DNA from: Owenia fusiformis
Lineage: Eukaryota
Assembly: GCA_903813345.2 (NCBI GenBank)
Contig: CAIIXF020000001.1
Coordinates: forward strand, 44,144,001 to 44,208,000
DNA: 64,000 bases
Reading direction: 5' to 3'
The notes under the pieces were generated by a model. The model made no database searches. It saw only the letters and a program-made list of their open reading frames with translations, and was not told the origin of the DNA. The position numbers and the translations under genes are program-made. Position 1 is the first letter of the stretch. Each line of letters starts with the position of its first letter. Below are positions 25,408 to 37,600 of this stretch, piece after piece.

Positions 25408-28400
25408 TTACAATGTATCACATGATGCTTTGAGAATAGGAACGATAACATCCCTGAGGTTATCGAAACTTTTGAGATCGTAGCGGTATTGCGATCCTTC
25501 TGATGGTATCGCTGCAAATTCGTTAATCTTCAATTCTTTCAGTCTGTTCTTCTCTGCCTGTGACACCCCACTTGTCGCCTCTCCTTTCATATTGGGTGCG
25601 GTTACTAAAATTACAGTTGGCGGAGTGATTCCTTCTTGGTAGGAAGTGGGGTCTTTCAATTTCCTGGCTTCCTCTATTGTAACAGGTGACATGTCAGTAG
25701 GGTTGCTGACACCATCAGTGAAAACAACAACAACAGCCTGGAAGTAAAAGCACACACCTGTGAACAAGTGACCGGGACAAATGCCTCGCAAAGGGCGTTA
25801 GTCAGGCTACAACAAACTCTGTGAGAAGGTGTGTAGTCAAGTAGAGGGGGGGGGGTCACAGAGGTTTGTAGCGAGATTAAAAGGGCGTGTAGATCCCAAA
25901 ATAAAAATACGCATGCAGAAGGCTTATGTATCTCATACTTGAGTGGGTTTGGGGTAGATATCACCCGGGAATATATATCGTATCTGAGGAGCGGGCAGGA
26001 TATATTCTATATGTCCCGCTCTAGGCCAAATGCGGGCAGATATAATATATCCATCCCGCTCCCGGGAATTTTTTCAAAAGTTTAAAAAATTTTAAAAATT
26101 TAAATTTCAGAAGTTTAAAATTTTTCAAAAAGTTTAAATGTTACAATTCTATTGTATTGAGCTGAAGGAATATTATGAAAATGTTAAATATTAATTGTGC
26201 TTTTACAGTTTAGGCCTATATTGTCATTTGAAAAAGGTGGTAAAGGTTATATCTACCCCAAACCCACTCAAGTATGAGATACACCAGTTATGTACGGTCG
26301 GTTTTGGATATAGGGTTTATCCCTCGGGAAATATTTATATCTCCCCTTGGTCCCTTCGGTCCCTCGGGCAGATATAAATATATCCCTCAGGATATACCCT
26401 TTATCCAAAACCTCCCAGTACATAACCCTTATATATATCACTTCAATTTCAGATTTCAATTTCAGATACTCCTCCTCTGATTTCTCTAAAATGATTTGTG
26501 ATATTAAAAGTTCTATTTTGCAACTCATTGGACCCATCAGCGATGCAATTGGTTTTGGATACGGAGGAAAATCCCTCATTATGTCATGTCATGTCCTCAA
26601 GCATGTAACAAGCTTTTACCAAGGGGTTCACTTTTTAAAAATTCCAAAGGGGTTTTTCACTTTAAACAATTTCGGTTCAAAAATGGCCCAATCTTTTAAA
26701 AAGTGCTCAGAATGGTGAAAAACTGCATGGTTTTGATAAAATGGCCATCGACTCCCGGCTACGGGCCTGCCATATCATGTCTATTTGAGTCTCGATATAA
26801 AACTATACATGTCATTCATCTTATTTTTAAATCTTAAAAAATGTTCTTATGGAAATGAGTATCCGAAGGACGAACGGTATAGAATAAGCAGATTGTCCCA
26901 TATATGTAGTTGGTTCAAGATAAATATGATTATACCTCGGCTGATATCAAATTTGCCCAATGGCCTTGGTATAATCACAATAGCCTGAACTAGCTTTATG
27001 ATAATCTCTACATGTACCACATTTTAATCCTGGGATTTAGATTCTTACTTTTTTACCCAATCTTCTTCCGCTGCCAATTGTTAGACTCTCTCTTGCCTCC
27101 TTTAAAGCGAGCCATGTACTTGTTCCCTTCTTCGTTTTCATTGTCATGTTCTTTGCTGCGTTCATAATCTACATTAAATAACAGATAAAAGCATTATGCA
27201 AATTCTACATGTCTGAGAGATGTTCTGTGGTGTGTAACTTAGAGTTATGATGATATAAATAATCGAAAATTATAAATTACCGAAATGTTATTAATTTACC
27301 AATCATGCCACATCAGATCTTGATACTTTTTTATATGATAAACAGCCTAGTGGCATTATAGGCCAAGCTTTAAGGTTACATCGAATTAATACAATTAACA
27401 GGGGCGGATCCAGGAACCAACAAGGGGGGGGGGGGGCAAATTTCAGGTCAGATAAAAAACTTTGGACCCCTAAAACCGAAAAGTGGGCCAAAATTTTGAA
27501 ATTTTGAGGCCCATTTTCTTAAATTTGGCCTGAAACTAAACAATAAGGCCTCAGGAGGCCCAGTAATGACCAAAAAGGCCCACTTTTTGGAGCCTCGAGG
27601 CCTTTTTAGGCCTTACTGTTTTAGGGGCCCATTTCTTTTTCTGGGCCCAACTTAGTGGGGGGGGGGGGGGGGCGGACCCCATGGATCCGAGACTGATTAA
27701 GAACAGCATTTTCTTCATATAGCACAAAAGATTTGGGGGTGTCTGGCTAAATATACATATTTTCCAGAATAAAGTAAGTATTACTATGACTTCGGCTGCG
27801 TTTTTGAACTGCCCGCGGGCTAGTGCATTGCATAATATTTAATAAGTATTCCCCCTAGGTATCATGAAAAAGAACAACGAGTACGAACACGTTTTCAACA
27901 AAAGCAGTTCATCAGAGCGTACTTAAACCGCTACCGAACTTAATGGCCTAGTCACATAGCCCGGCCGATGTCCAGCATCGGTAGAGCTCGGTGGATTTTT
28001 TTGGTGCCACCGAGCTCTCCTCATCGGAAGCAGAGCTCGGTGACGTGAACGGACTCCGTCCGGACATCTTCAGGCGACCGACCGAACACCGGCCGGTGAC
28101 CGTACGGAGTCTGTCTCAAAATGGTAGTTTTTTTCTGCCGATGTGGCAGCAACTACCGGCCGGAGGTCGGCCGGACATCGGAAGGAATACGGCCGGTACC
28201 CGAGCAGGTAACAGGACACCGTGCGATCGCCGGCCGGGTTGTTAACGGGCTTTGAACAGTGACCGGCCGATGCTCTGTCCCACATCGGCCGGAGCTCGGT
28301 CGGAGCTCGGCCGCTGTCCGTTAAAAAACCTCGTCCTCTGGTTGTCTCAGATGCACGGGACACCGGCCGATACTCGGCCGTGCACCGGCCGACGTGTTTC

Positions 28401-31400
28401 CCGATGTGGTTACCATGGGGCTGCGATGACATGATGAGGGAGCTCGGTGAGAGCCCGGTGAAATTTAACTCCGAAGTTAAAATTTCACCGAGCTACCACC
28501 GATGCTGTTTTAAGCAACAAACGCCACGGATGTCCGGCCGGTGTCCGGCCGGTGTTCGGCCGAGTTTGGTGAAAATTGCATCGCTGGCTCATCGTAACCT
28601 CATCGGCCGGGCTATGTGACTAGGCCATTAATTACGCCATGGCAACCTTGTCGGCTGCTCGCGTGTGTCAACCGCGTCTGCTCGTTGCAAGTGCACCGCA
28701 GGAGTTCCACTACCCTTTGTATTTATTCGACGTCACTTCTTAAAACTGAGCTCCGATAGTTTATAACTAGACTCTGCAGGGTAGAGTTCCACTTCAATAA
28801 ACCGTGGTATCCTTCAAAATAATTATTTGAGTGTAGGAGAGCTTGGATAAGCTATTTTTGTTGAAAACACATAAGCATGTAATTTGCACGGCATGAATAG
28901 CTTATTGTACTTTTAGTGATATCTGGAGAAAAGCCCCATTAAAATATTACGCAATTCCCTAGCACCGCGGGCATACAAAAATACAGTCTTAGTTAAAATT
29001 AGTTTTTGTTTTACTTTTTGTAAACGAGATTATAAATTTATGTAAAAAATCGTATCCTAAAAATTAAAACCACCAGCATGGGGAATATTAACTAAAAATA
29101 TGAGGCCATATAAACATTGGTTACATTTATGGTAGGTTTTGGTTTTACTGAGAGTATAGAATAACATACCAAAGCTGGAGTGTTGTATGTTTTGAATTTA
29201 ACGAAAGGATAGGTTTGACCGCCATACGTTGATCCTGACACCAATGTAAATGCATCTCCGAGTCGAAGTAGTTTCAAAAGGTCCAATGCAAAGGATCTCA
29301 CTTGAACTTTATTCACATCACTGATGGAAAACGACATGTCTATTACTAAGCATAGATCAAAACCACACGCCTTGGTGTCCTTGTCAGCTGAAAATGATAG
29401 TGGTTTAAATTTGCGTCCCTATCGGGAATATACATCTTCCTATTGAGTGTACGATTTCGTATACATCAAAGTTTACAAAACACATCATCATTATGTTTTC
29501 AATGTTCAATATACCATCAGATCATCGATATTCAATGAATAAAATCTAAGATTTCCAATGTAAATCTTTTATTATCACACCAAACTAGCTCTCATTACGT
29601 TCTAGAAAACGGGCCTAAACTGTGTATGAACGGATTGGACGTACTAAAAGTGAAAGGGGTCTATTTTGGGGTCTATTTTCAAACTTCACGAACGTACTCG
29701 TACAGAACTTAGAGCATACTCAAAATTTTCTGGTGGTCGCCGCATTCTCAGAACGAGTGACAACGTTTGTGGAAGCCCAACTGTTCTGGGCTACCCAAGT
29801 GTTCCGAGATCGCTTATTTTATCACATCTTATAATTCACAAGAGAGGGTTCAAAAAATGCTTGGATGAAAAAAGGAGTCCTAAAATATTGGCTCGTTGAA
29901 AGTTTTGACCCAATTTTTTAAAATATGGAGCCAATTTTTAAAATCGAGGCCCATTTTTTCTAAAGGCCCATTTCCAAAAATGAGGCATGTTCCTGAAATT
30001 GAGACCCAGCCTAATAATATTTAGATATTTTGTCTAAATATTCTATTACTCAGGAGTGTCCCATGGTACAAAAGTCGAAAAACCGGGGGTTTTACATTCC
30101 CCATGGATACCCTATTAGTTTATGTGAATAAATGGAAAGCCTTTTGTAAACGAGGCAGCCACGGTGGTTTCATTAGCTTAATTTCAAGTCATCTCTGTAG
30201 AAACCTAAAATTGATATTAGAAATTGAAAATCACCGTATCGAGTGTATTTGATAAAATAAGTAAACCCAGAATACTAGTACTTGGGCCAAGTCAGAATAC
30301 TTCGGCAAGAGTCGGAATACTCGGGCTGCGGGGAATATACTGAGGGAAAGATGAACATGTATTCACCGAAAATAGAATGGAATATTTGGTATATATTGCA
30401 TTGGGCCCCGTACACTGACTTTCGTAATGTTTATAAATTGGTCCCAAGCTAATTTTGACCCACTTTGCAAAAGGAATGATTACTCGCCCAACCATGACCC
30501 AATATCAGAGAATGATATACCATTGTAAAGAGGAGAAACATTTCTTTATAATATATTTGAATGAAATCAATGCTGTTGCACTGGTTTTGTGCTTTTCCGA
30601 GATAACAATCTGTTGCGTTTTTTTATACGCACTGTATAATTGAGTACCGGAAGCACCCATTTCGTATGTAAAATCTGACGAGATTACATACACATGGCGA
30701 TTGCCCACATGTCAACTCATCTAAAATCGACTATATAGGGTGTCTCAAAAAAATGTACCCAAAAGTATATCAACACCACAGACAAACCAATCAATATTTT
30801 CAGACATTTTTTGCATGGTCGTGTAGATAAAAGATGAAAGTTTTTTCCCCCATGCACAGTTTTTAATTCAGTTTTGCCTTTTTGATACTTTAACCCGTTA
30901 CCTTTTACACCACATATTCAATGTAACCTCATATTTCGATGACAGTCTGCATCCTTACTACTACATTGTTCATCACATTTGATATTTCTAGTGGAATGTT
31001 TTGATTTCTGTTTGGATGCTTGTCTTAAGTTGTTATGGGTCTCTTAGCCTGGGTTTAGCATAAAAATGGTCCTTCAAATAGCCTCAGAGAAAAAAGTATG
31101 GGCCGTCAAATATGGTCAATAGGGAGGCCCTCACAATGTCTTATAGCCCCCTTATACAGAGAGGTCGGAGGTTCAAGAAACTGCATTGGCTGGGATTCTA
31201 GTGTAGCTTTTGTTGTGTGGATCAATTTGAGACCACTGTGTTTTCATTTTGATATCATTTGGTCTCCAGGCTAGCCTGCCTAACTCTGGAAGGTAACTCC
31301 TGAATCATTTGCCGATAATTGACCTGATTATTCGTGTTTGTTCTGTCACCGTCATCCTCAAACATCCTTCTCTGTGGCTATCTGAAGGAGTCTTTTAATG

Positions 31401-34400
31401 CTCATTCCAAGCAAAAAGACCTAGAACAACTTAAGGGCAACATCCAAAGAGAAATCCAAAACATTCCACTGGAATTATTATCAAATGTGATGAACAATGT
31501 AGCAGTAAGGATACAGGCTGTCATCAGAATATGAGGTTACATCGATAATGTGGTATAAAAGGTAAATGGTTAAAGCATCAAAAAGACAAGACTGAAATAA
31601 AAATGGTCTATTGAGGAGAAGACTTTCATGTTTTGGCTACATGACCATGCAAAAAATGTCTGAAAATATTGATTTGTTTATCTGTGCTCTTGATATACTT
31701 TTGGGTACATTTTTTTGAGACACCCGATATATATTGTGTTTGTCTCTTTGTTTGTGTGTCTCTAATCAATTGACCCTTACGCCTGGTATACACCAATGCG
31801 GCAAGTTGGGACCTCCATAAGCTTAACATTGCGTGGGACCCCGTGGGACTTCTGGGACTCTTGGGAAATCGGATCGGGCAAAGCGGATTTTGCCCAATCG
31901 AGTCCCATGGGGTCCCACGTGGGATTCGATGGGGCAAGTTGGGGCAAAATCCCACGGAGTCCCATCTTGACCAATCGAGAATGAACATGTTCATTCTTTC
32001 CATGGGGCATCGTTGGATTTTCGATCATATGACGTGTTGTGTGAAGCCCAATATACACCAATACAATAGGGGCTGGGGCACGGTTCGATTTGATGTGACT
32101 CCATGGGGGTCGATGGGACTCCATGAAGCACGATGGGGCAAAGTCATTTAGGTCCCATGGGACTTCATGGGATTCGATGGGGCATGATGGGACTCGATGG
32201 GGTAAGTTGGATCTTGCCCCATTGGTGTATACCGGGCTTTTGGTCTTCATAAGAATAAGATATAATTGCGTCGTGAGATTCAAAAATCATAAAACCAATG
32301 CCAGACTGTAAAGCATCTCCATCTTATCTAAAGTGATTAGAAATATAAACGAAAGCGTCATCAAAAAATTTAATCTTTTGTTTACCGAAACCTCTTACCG
32401 TTGTTTACACTCCGGGACAGGGGTTTTTAGTGTCTGTGTCAGTTCTTTTAAAACTCACAGTGCCTGCCATTGAATTTGGACATTCTGAAGCTCATATATG
32501 TGGTGACAGGTCATCTCAACCACAAGTCAACTCAAGCCAGTCCAACTCAACCCCAAGTCAAGTCAACCCCAGTAAAACTCAACCCCAAGTCAACTCAACC
32601 CTGCCAAACTCAAACCCAGTAAAACTCAACCCTATTCATTTGTGGGGTGTCTAATTCAATTTGATGTACTTTGAATAGAAAGTTGTAAAAGTATCCAAAA
32701 AACAGTTAAGCTCATGGATCATTCATCAAGTTGTCACTATTATTTAATTTAAGACATATTTTGAAATCAAATATTAGATAATTTAGAAGAAAATTAACAA
32801 TGTATGAACAATAACAATATAACTTTTTATCATGATCAATATTTACATGCATTATTGAAATCATTAACATTTACTAATTTATAGACTGAAAAGCAATGAT
32901 CATGTTCCAGTATTCCAAATGATCACACGAGTGTCAACCTCAGAGGGCTTACAACACATTATTAACTATAAAAGGTGGGTCTAAGAATGAAAATCACAAA
33001 CTGACTCAGAATTATCAGAACTATTTTTATGAAATAAACGTTCATATCATGGGGAGTACAAGTTTATCAACAAATATAATATAGGGGTTGAGTTTTACTG
33101 GGGTTGAGTTTTACAGGGTTGAGTTGACTTGGGATTGAGTTTTACTGGGTTGAGTTGACTTGGGGTTGAGATGACTCTTGATAATTCATGAGCTCAACTT
33201 ACCTACACCTTTTTCCGATAATGTTTTTCTACACTCCGGGGCAGGGCGGATACAGGGGTTTGTAGTAGCTGTGTCATTAATTTTAAAACCATTAGTGACA
33301 CCCATCGCATCCTGGCATTCTGCCAGCTCATATATGTTATCTTTGCACACCAAATAAGTGCAATTTGTGTCTGCATACCTGTATGGTGAACCAGGAGTGC
33401 ATTCTGAAGCAAAAACGTAATTAGATTAGACTGCTGAACTTGCCAGATTCAAGTAGGGTTCAACTGAAAATAAGAAAAATGCAAAATAAATTTTTGATCG
33501 ATTTTCTTAAATTTTTGTTTAGCTTATAAATGGCACGTATACAGTAGAATTTTAAATGTTTGGAACTACTTTGAATCTAAAAAATTAGCAATTAAAGCAC
33601 CATATTGAAACAGAATATGTAAAAATAGAAACATTTATACTTGTCATAACTTTTGTATATTTTAGTTTGTTTTGTAGTTCAGCAATCATATCTGTGGCCT
33701 CTTATATTTTGATGCTTCACTGCCATGCTATTTTCGAAAACTGAAACTCCCTAAATTACAAAAGGCCACAGCTTTGCTGCATATCATACATAACTATCTG
33801 AAATATACAAAAGTTAGGACTTGTACATATATATGTTTCCATTTTTTCATATACTGTTGCAATATAGTCATTTGATTGCTTATTTTTTAAATTCAAAATT
33901 TTACTGTACGTGTTTCAATGGCCAATTACTATACGGTAATTACTAGAACCCTTCGTTAATACATGCTAGGTTAGAGATGAATCACCTTAACAAGGGTTTA
34001 TTTAATACCCGGGAGTTAGTATGCGTACCAAACGAAACGAAATGACATCTGGATCCTTGGATCTAACCTGTGTATTTGCCAATGCAACTAACGCCTGCTG
34101 GCTACCGTATTAACTTACTAATTTATTGGCAACTCATTTAAATATGTACAGTACCTGCCACTATTTCATTCGTATTTAAATGAGTTAATCGGTAGCCCCT
34201 AGCCGCTATTTGTATTCACGAATACAAGTTTAGCTTGTATTTGCGAATTCAACTGTCGCCTGTCAGCTACTGGATTAACCTAATATTTCATGACCAACTC
34301 ATTTAAGTATGAATTGATAGTGGTAGGTACTATTCATATTTAAATGAGTTGCCGATAAAATTGCAGGTAAATCCGGTAGCCGACAGGCGTTAGATGAATT

Positions 34401-36453
34401 TGCGAATACAAATTCAATTACAGACAGTTGTGGAATGGGGGTATGTTTTCTCAGACAAACCTTGTATTCGCGAATGCAACTAACGCCTGTCGGCTACCGG
34501 ATTAACCTACTAGTTCATGGCCAACTCGTTTAAACATGAATAGTACCTGCCACTAATCCATTCCCATTTAAATGAGTTAGTCATGGAAAAGTAGGTTAAT
34601 CCGGTAGCCGACAGGCGCTAGTTGCATTCGCGAATACAAAGTAAGCTTGGATTCGCAAATGCAAATAGCGGCTATCGGCTACCGGGGTTGATTGCAATTA
34701 GATGCCAAACTCATTTAAATATGAATGGAACCTGCGGTGCATCCCGTTAGTTGCCAACTTTCGCCTCAAAAGCAATAGCTGATCTAAATAGCGTCATCGG
34801 TAGCCGATAGCCGCTATTTGCAATTCGCGAATACAAGCTAATAGACACCTTTTTCTGCACCGCTTTGCAGGTATTTTACTGTACAGCATAGCATATAATC
34901 CATTCACATCGGCTAGATAATTGATTAAGTTAACCTTGTATTCGCGAATGCAACTAACACCTGTCGGCTACCGGATTAACCTACTATTCTATGACCAGAG
35001 TCAATTTATTGAGGTTATTTATAAATACAAAAACCGCAGCATAAAACGCACATTCTGATTTGCTCAGTGAATAACGCTTTGGACTTGATTTGAGTTTTGA
35101 TTTTGTCCACCCCGAGAGTGTCGGTTCGAAACTTGCCTGTCAGTTTTTCATTTTGTTTTTCTTTTATTTTTGAGCCACAAATCCTAATCATATTTATCAG
35201 ATAAATTAAATACATGAACAATAAACATACGATAAACATATGGCATCTTGAAGTTTCAACAATGTAATTTTCGAACGTAGCCGGTGTTAAAGAAATTGGA
35301 TCATCTGGATCCTTTTCAACTGTAATAAAAACTGAACTGTAGCGCTAAAAAAATAGATAAATAAAAACAATATTACGTCATATTTATTCCCCAAAAATTC
35401 ATTCCAAATTCCCGCCAAATTATAGTTCCCTTGATCTCTGTTCATGTTATTTTTAAAAATAACATGTCGCGGATCCGTTTTTGGAGATATTTGACATCGT
35501 TAGGACCAATGCAATTATACATTGTTATTTTGTCAACCCCAATAGACCTTTAAATCTTAGAATACTGCTAAACAATGTATGTTTTTTCTCACCGACACCG
35601 ATGTCTCTCACATCACTAAAGAGATCGCCTCCAACTCTGCTACCTCCAACGCTGCCCGCTAAAAACGGAATAAAAATACCTTTTATAACATAAAGAGCTA
35701 TGTTTGTTCCTGACTCGGCTCGTAACTTTAGAACTGACACCAGAAATAGATATAACATAACATCTTATCCAAGCTGTAGATGTGTTGGCATTACTACGGA
35801 ATACATAACTGATTAGGGGGTATTGTAATATATGTTTAGTTACGATTTATAATTCACATTTCATTCATAATTCATATTATTGTTTATTATTTACATGCTC
35901 AAGGTCACAATGTTCTAAAAATCTCCTGTTTTTTTCAACGAAGACTAATGAGTCATTCACTCGTGACTGAGATGAACTAAAAATAGATGCAAATAAGATA
36001 TAAACATGTTATGTGACTCTGTAGAACATTCTAATTTCTTAGTATTATTGTAAACAAAATGTAAACAAGTTGCAAAAATGACTGCCAATCAGATCTCGAT
36101 AAACATAAGATACACATTTCTGTGGACTTCTAGAACAGCAAAGAACTCTATAAAGAGCGCATCATTGATTTTGAAACATTACACCATAGTCAATCAATGG
36201 GACAACAACTAGTAGCAGAAACAAATAGTAGACTTCTGAATAAACACTGGGAACATCAATTCCTTTAGGTTGAAATTACATGTCTCATTTTCAATTTGAA
36301 AGTTTGAAAATACGAAAATGACAATTATTGTGAACAACTTTTTCAAACATTTTAATCATTTTGAACATGCTCACCAAAGGACTTTATGCCTGCACCATCG
36401 GTCCTCGAGGCGCACAATAGCAATGTGAATACACATAAGATTTGACTCCCCAT
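25408..36453 (-). CDS. Secreted 6-Cys (chitin-binding type-2-like) + VWA domain protein, paralogue A (about 337 aa)
   Basis: Coding exons 36375-36453 (MGSQILCVFTLLLCASRTDGAGIKSF, signal peptide), 35593-35658, 33203-33403 (C-x12-C-x4-C-x9-C-x20-C-x6-C), 29170-29387 (ACGFDLCLVIDMSFS, MIDAS DxSxS), 27049-27168 (GTST), 25408-25737 (VVVFTDG...SCDTL*). 1014 nt, phases consistent; AATAAA at 25371-25376 (minus). Confidence 0.88.
25927..26283. repeat. 35-bp perfect inverted repeat pair (MITE-like)
   Basis: TGTATCTCATACTTGAGTGGGTTTGGGGTAGATAT at 25927-25961 and its reverse complement at 26249-26283. Confidence 0.75.
27790..28990. mobile_element. Older TIR element (~50-bp imperfect TIRs) hosting the GC-rich MITE
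   Basis: GGCTGCGTTTTTGAACTGCCCGCGGGCTAG...AATATTT versus the reverse complement of 28941-28988. Confidence 0.6.
27944..28627. mobile_element. GC/CpG-rich MITE with perfect ~27-bp TIRs, TTAA-flanked
   Basis: TTAA|TGGCCTAGTCACATAGCCCGGCCGATG...CATCGGCCGGGCTATGTGACTAGGCCA|TTAA; many CGGCCG/GAGCTC palindromes. Confidence 0.85.
30736..31727. mobile_element. Tc1-derived palindromic element with transposase C-terminal remnants on both arms
   Basis: TA-flanked, ends TAGGGTGTCTCAAAAAAATGTACC; plus arm LCGYLKE...LKGNIQREIQNIPLELLSNVMNN, minus arm PPY*PYLTAHTFFL*GYLKD. Confidence 0.8.
31781..32237. mobile_element. MITE with GCC(T/C)GGTATACACCAATG TIRs (PIF/Harbinger-like) and internal GGGAC/GTCCC repeats
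   Basis: TIRs about 25 bp; internal ATGGGAC/GTCCCAT reiterations. Confidence 0.75.
32386..32500 (-). pseudogene. Decayed duplicate (pseudo-exon) of the 6-Cys exon inside paralogue A intron
   Basis: Minus strand reads IYEL/SECPNSMAGTVSFKRTDTDTKNPC/PECKQR* with frameshifts, homologous to 33203-33340; 5' part lost at the MITE 32509-33176. Confidence 0.75.
32509..33176. mobile_element. MITE with subterminal ~20-bp CAACCCCAAGTCAACT repeats
   Basis: Arms 32509-32635 and 33083-33176 are reverse complements; related fragment near 24835-24895. Confidence 0.75.
34069..35000. repeat. Tandem cluster of ~140-200-bp palindromic units
   Basis: Unit TTGTATTCGCGAATGCAACTAACGCCTGTCGGCTACCGGATTAACCTAC...reverse complement (best copy 34461-34641); about 4.5 copies; solo half-copy at about 63433-63525. 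Confidence 0.8.
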
Positions 36454-37477
36454 ATCTAAAACGCAATTGTACAATGCAATATCTTTGTTTGTTGGTGATG
36501 ACATTCTCAACAATACCTTCGTTTTTCATGACCGATTCAATAAGTCATATTTCGTTTTTTTTAGGTTCGGTTTTTTTAAGGTTCGGTGTGAATAAATTTC
36601 AAGAAATTAAGACTTTAGATAATAGTTCCATAATATAGTCTAGCTTTTAGAAATGCTCTCGGTTTGGAATTTGATTTTTAAATAAAGCATTTCATGCATT
36701 TAGACCATCCCTTTTGTAACATTGACGTAAGTCGTCAAAGAAACACACATTGGTATTATAACGTCGATGTAGCAAAAGCGAGGTGCTAGATATATGAATT
36801 GCAACTTCAGTTACAAAACAAATTCCAAATTGAAGAAACATATTAAAACTAAACTATATTATCTAGCTTTGTGCCAAATTATAATCTGCAACTTGACTTT
36901 AAATCGAGAAAAGAAAAAACACGTAACCAGGAAGTTCATCCATTTTGTTACAGTGACGATCCGTCAACGTTACTAGTTGTGGAACAGTGTATTAAGCGTA
37001 GATTTTATAACATCTATTACTCAAAAGATCGATCTGATAATTTAACTGCAAAAGGTATATGCAATGGGTTGAGTCAAAAATATGGTCCAAGCTACATTTG
37101 AAAAAGAAATGGAGTAATTTAGTTTTGAAAAAAGATGGACACCAACCCCCAAATTTTGTTTTCAAATGTGACGAAACATGCTTTTCTCTGAGCTTTCAAT
37201 CCCAATTAAAACTTAACAGAGAATGTTTTCGAGCTAGAAATCTGATTATTACCCGTGATCCAATTGAGAAGTGCCACGCTCACGCTTACGTTTGGGGCTT
37301 GCTCGCCTGGCTAAGTGTTTTTTTTGAGCGAGGATCTCGTAAAACTATGTGTAAGAAAAAGTTAAATACCATATTTGAATGAAATATATTTCGTAATTTT
37401 AGAATATATTCAATTAATATACAAAACGTAGACATGAAGATTGTAAAATAGAACTAATTTATTTCTGCTTTCCTTAC

Positions 37478-37600
37478 CCCTTTGCTTTAAGATGAAGCTC
37501 CCCGTCCCTCAATTCTCCAGTAGTTGTTCTTTGTTCGTCAAATTAGTTCAAGAAGAAATTGAAAAGTGAAAGACCTCATGCCAATCTCCAGTATTTATAA
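37478..37600 (-). promoter_or_regulatory. TATA core promoter and non-coding first exon of paralogue A
   Basis: TATAAATA on minus (37592-37599), GT donor at 37477. Block GAAAAGTGAAAGACCT...GTATTTATAA is homologous to the paralogue B block at 55459-55500. Confidence 0.6.

Noticed and set aside
27991..28619. Overlapping ORFs in the GC-rich block
   Set aside because: Stop-poor because of GC content; bounded by MITE TIRs. The same applies to ORFs at 31626-32311.
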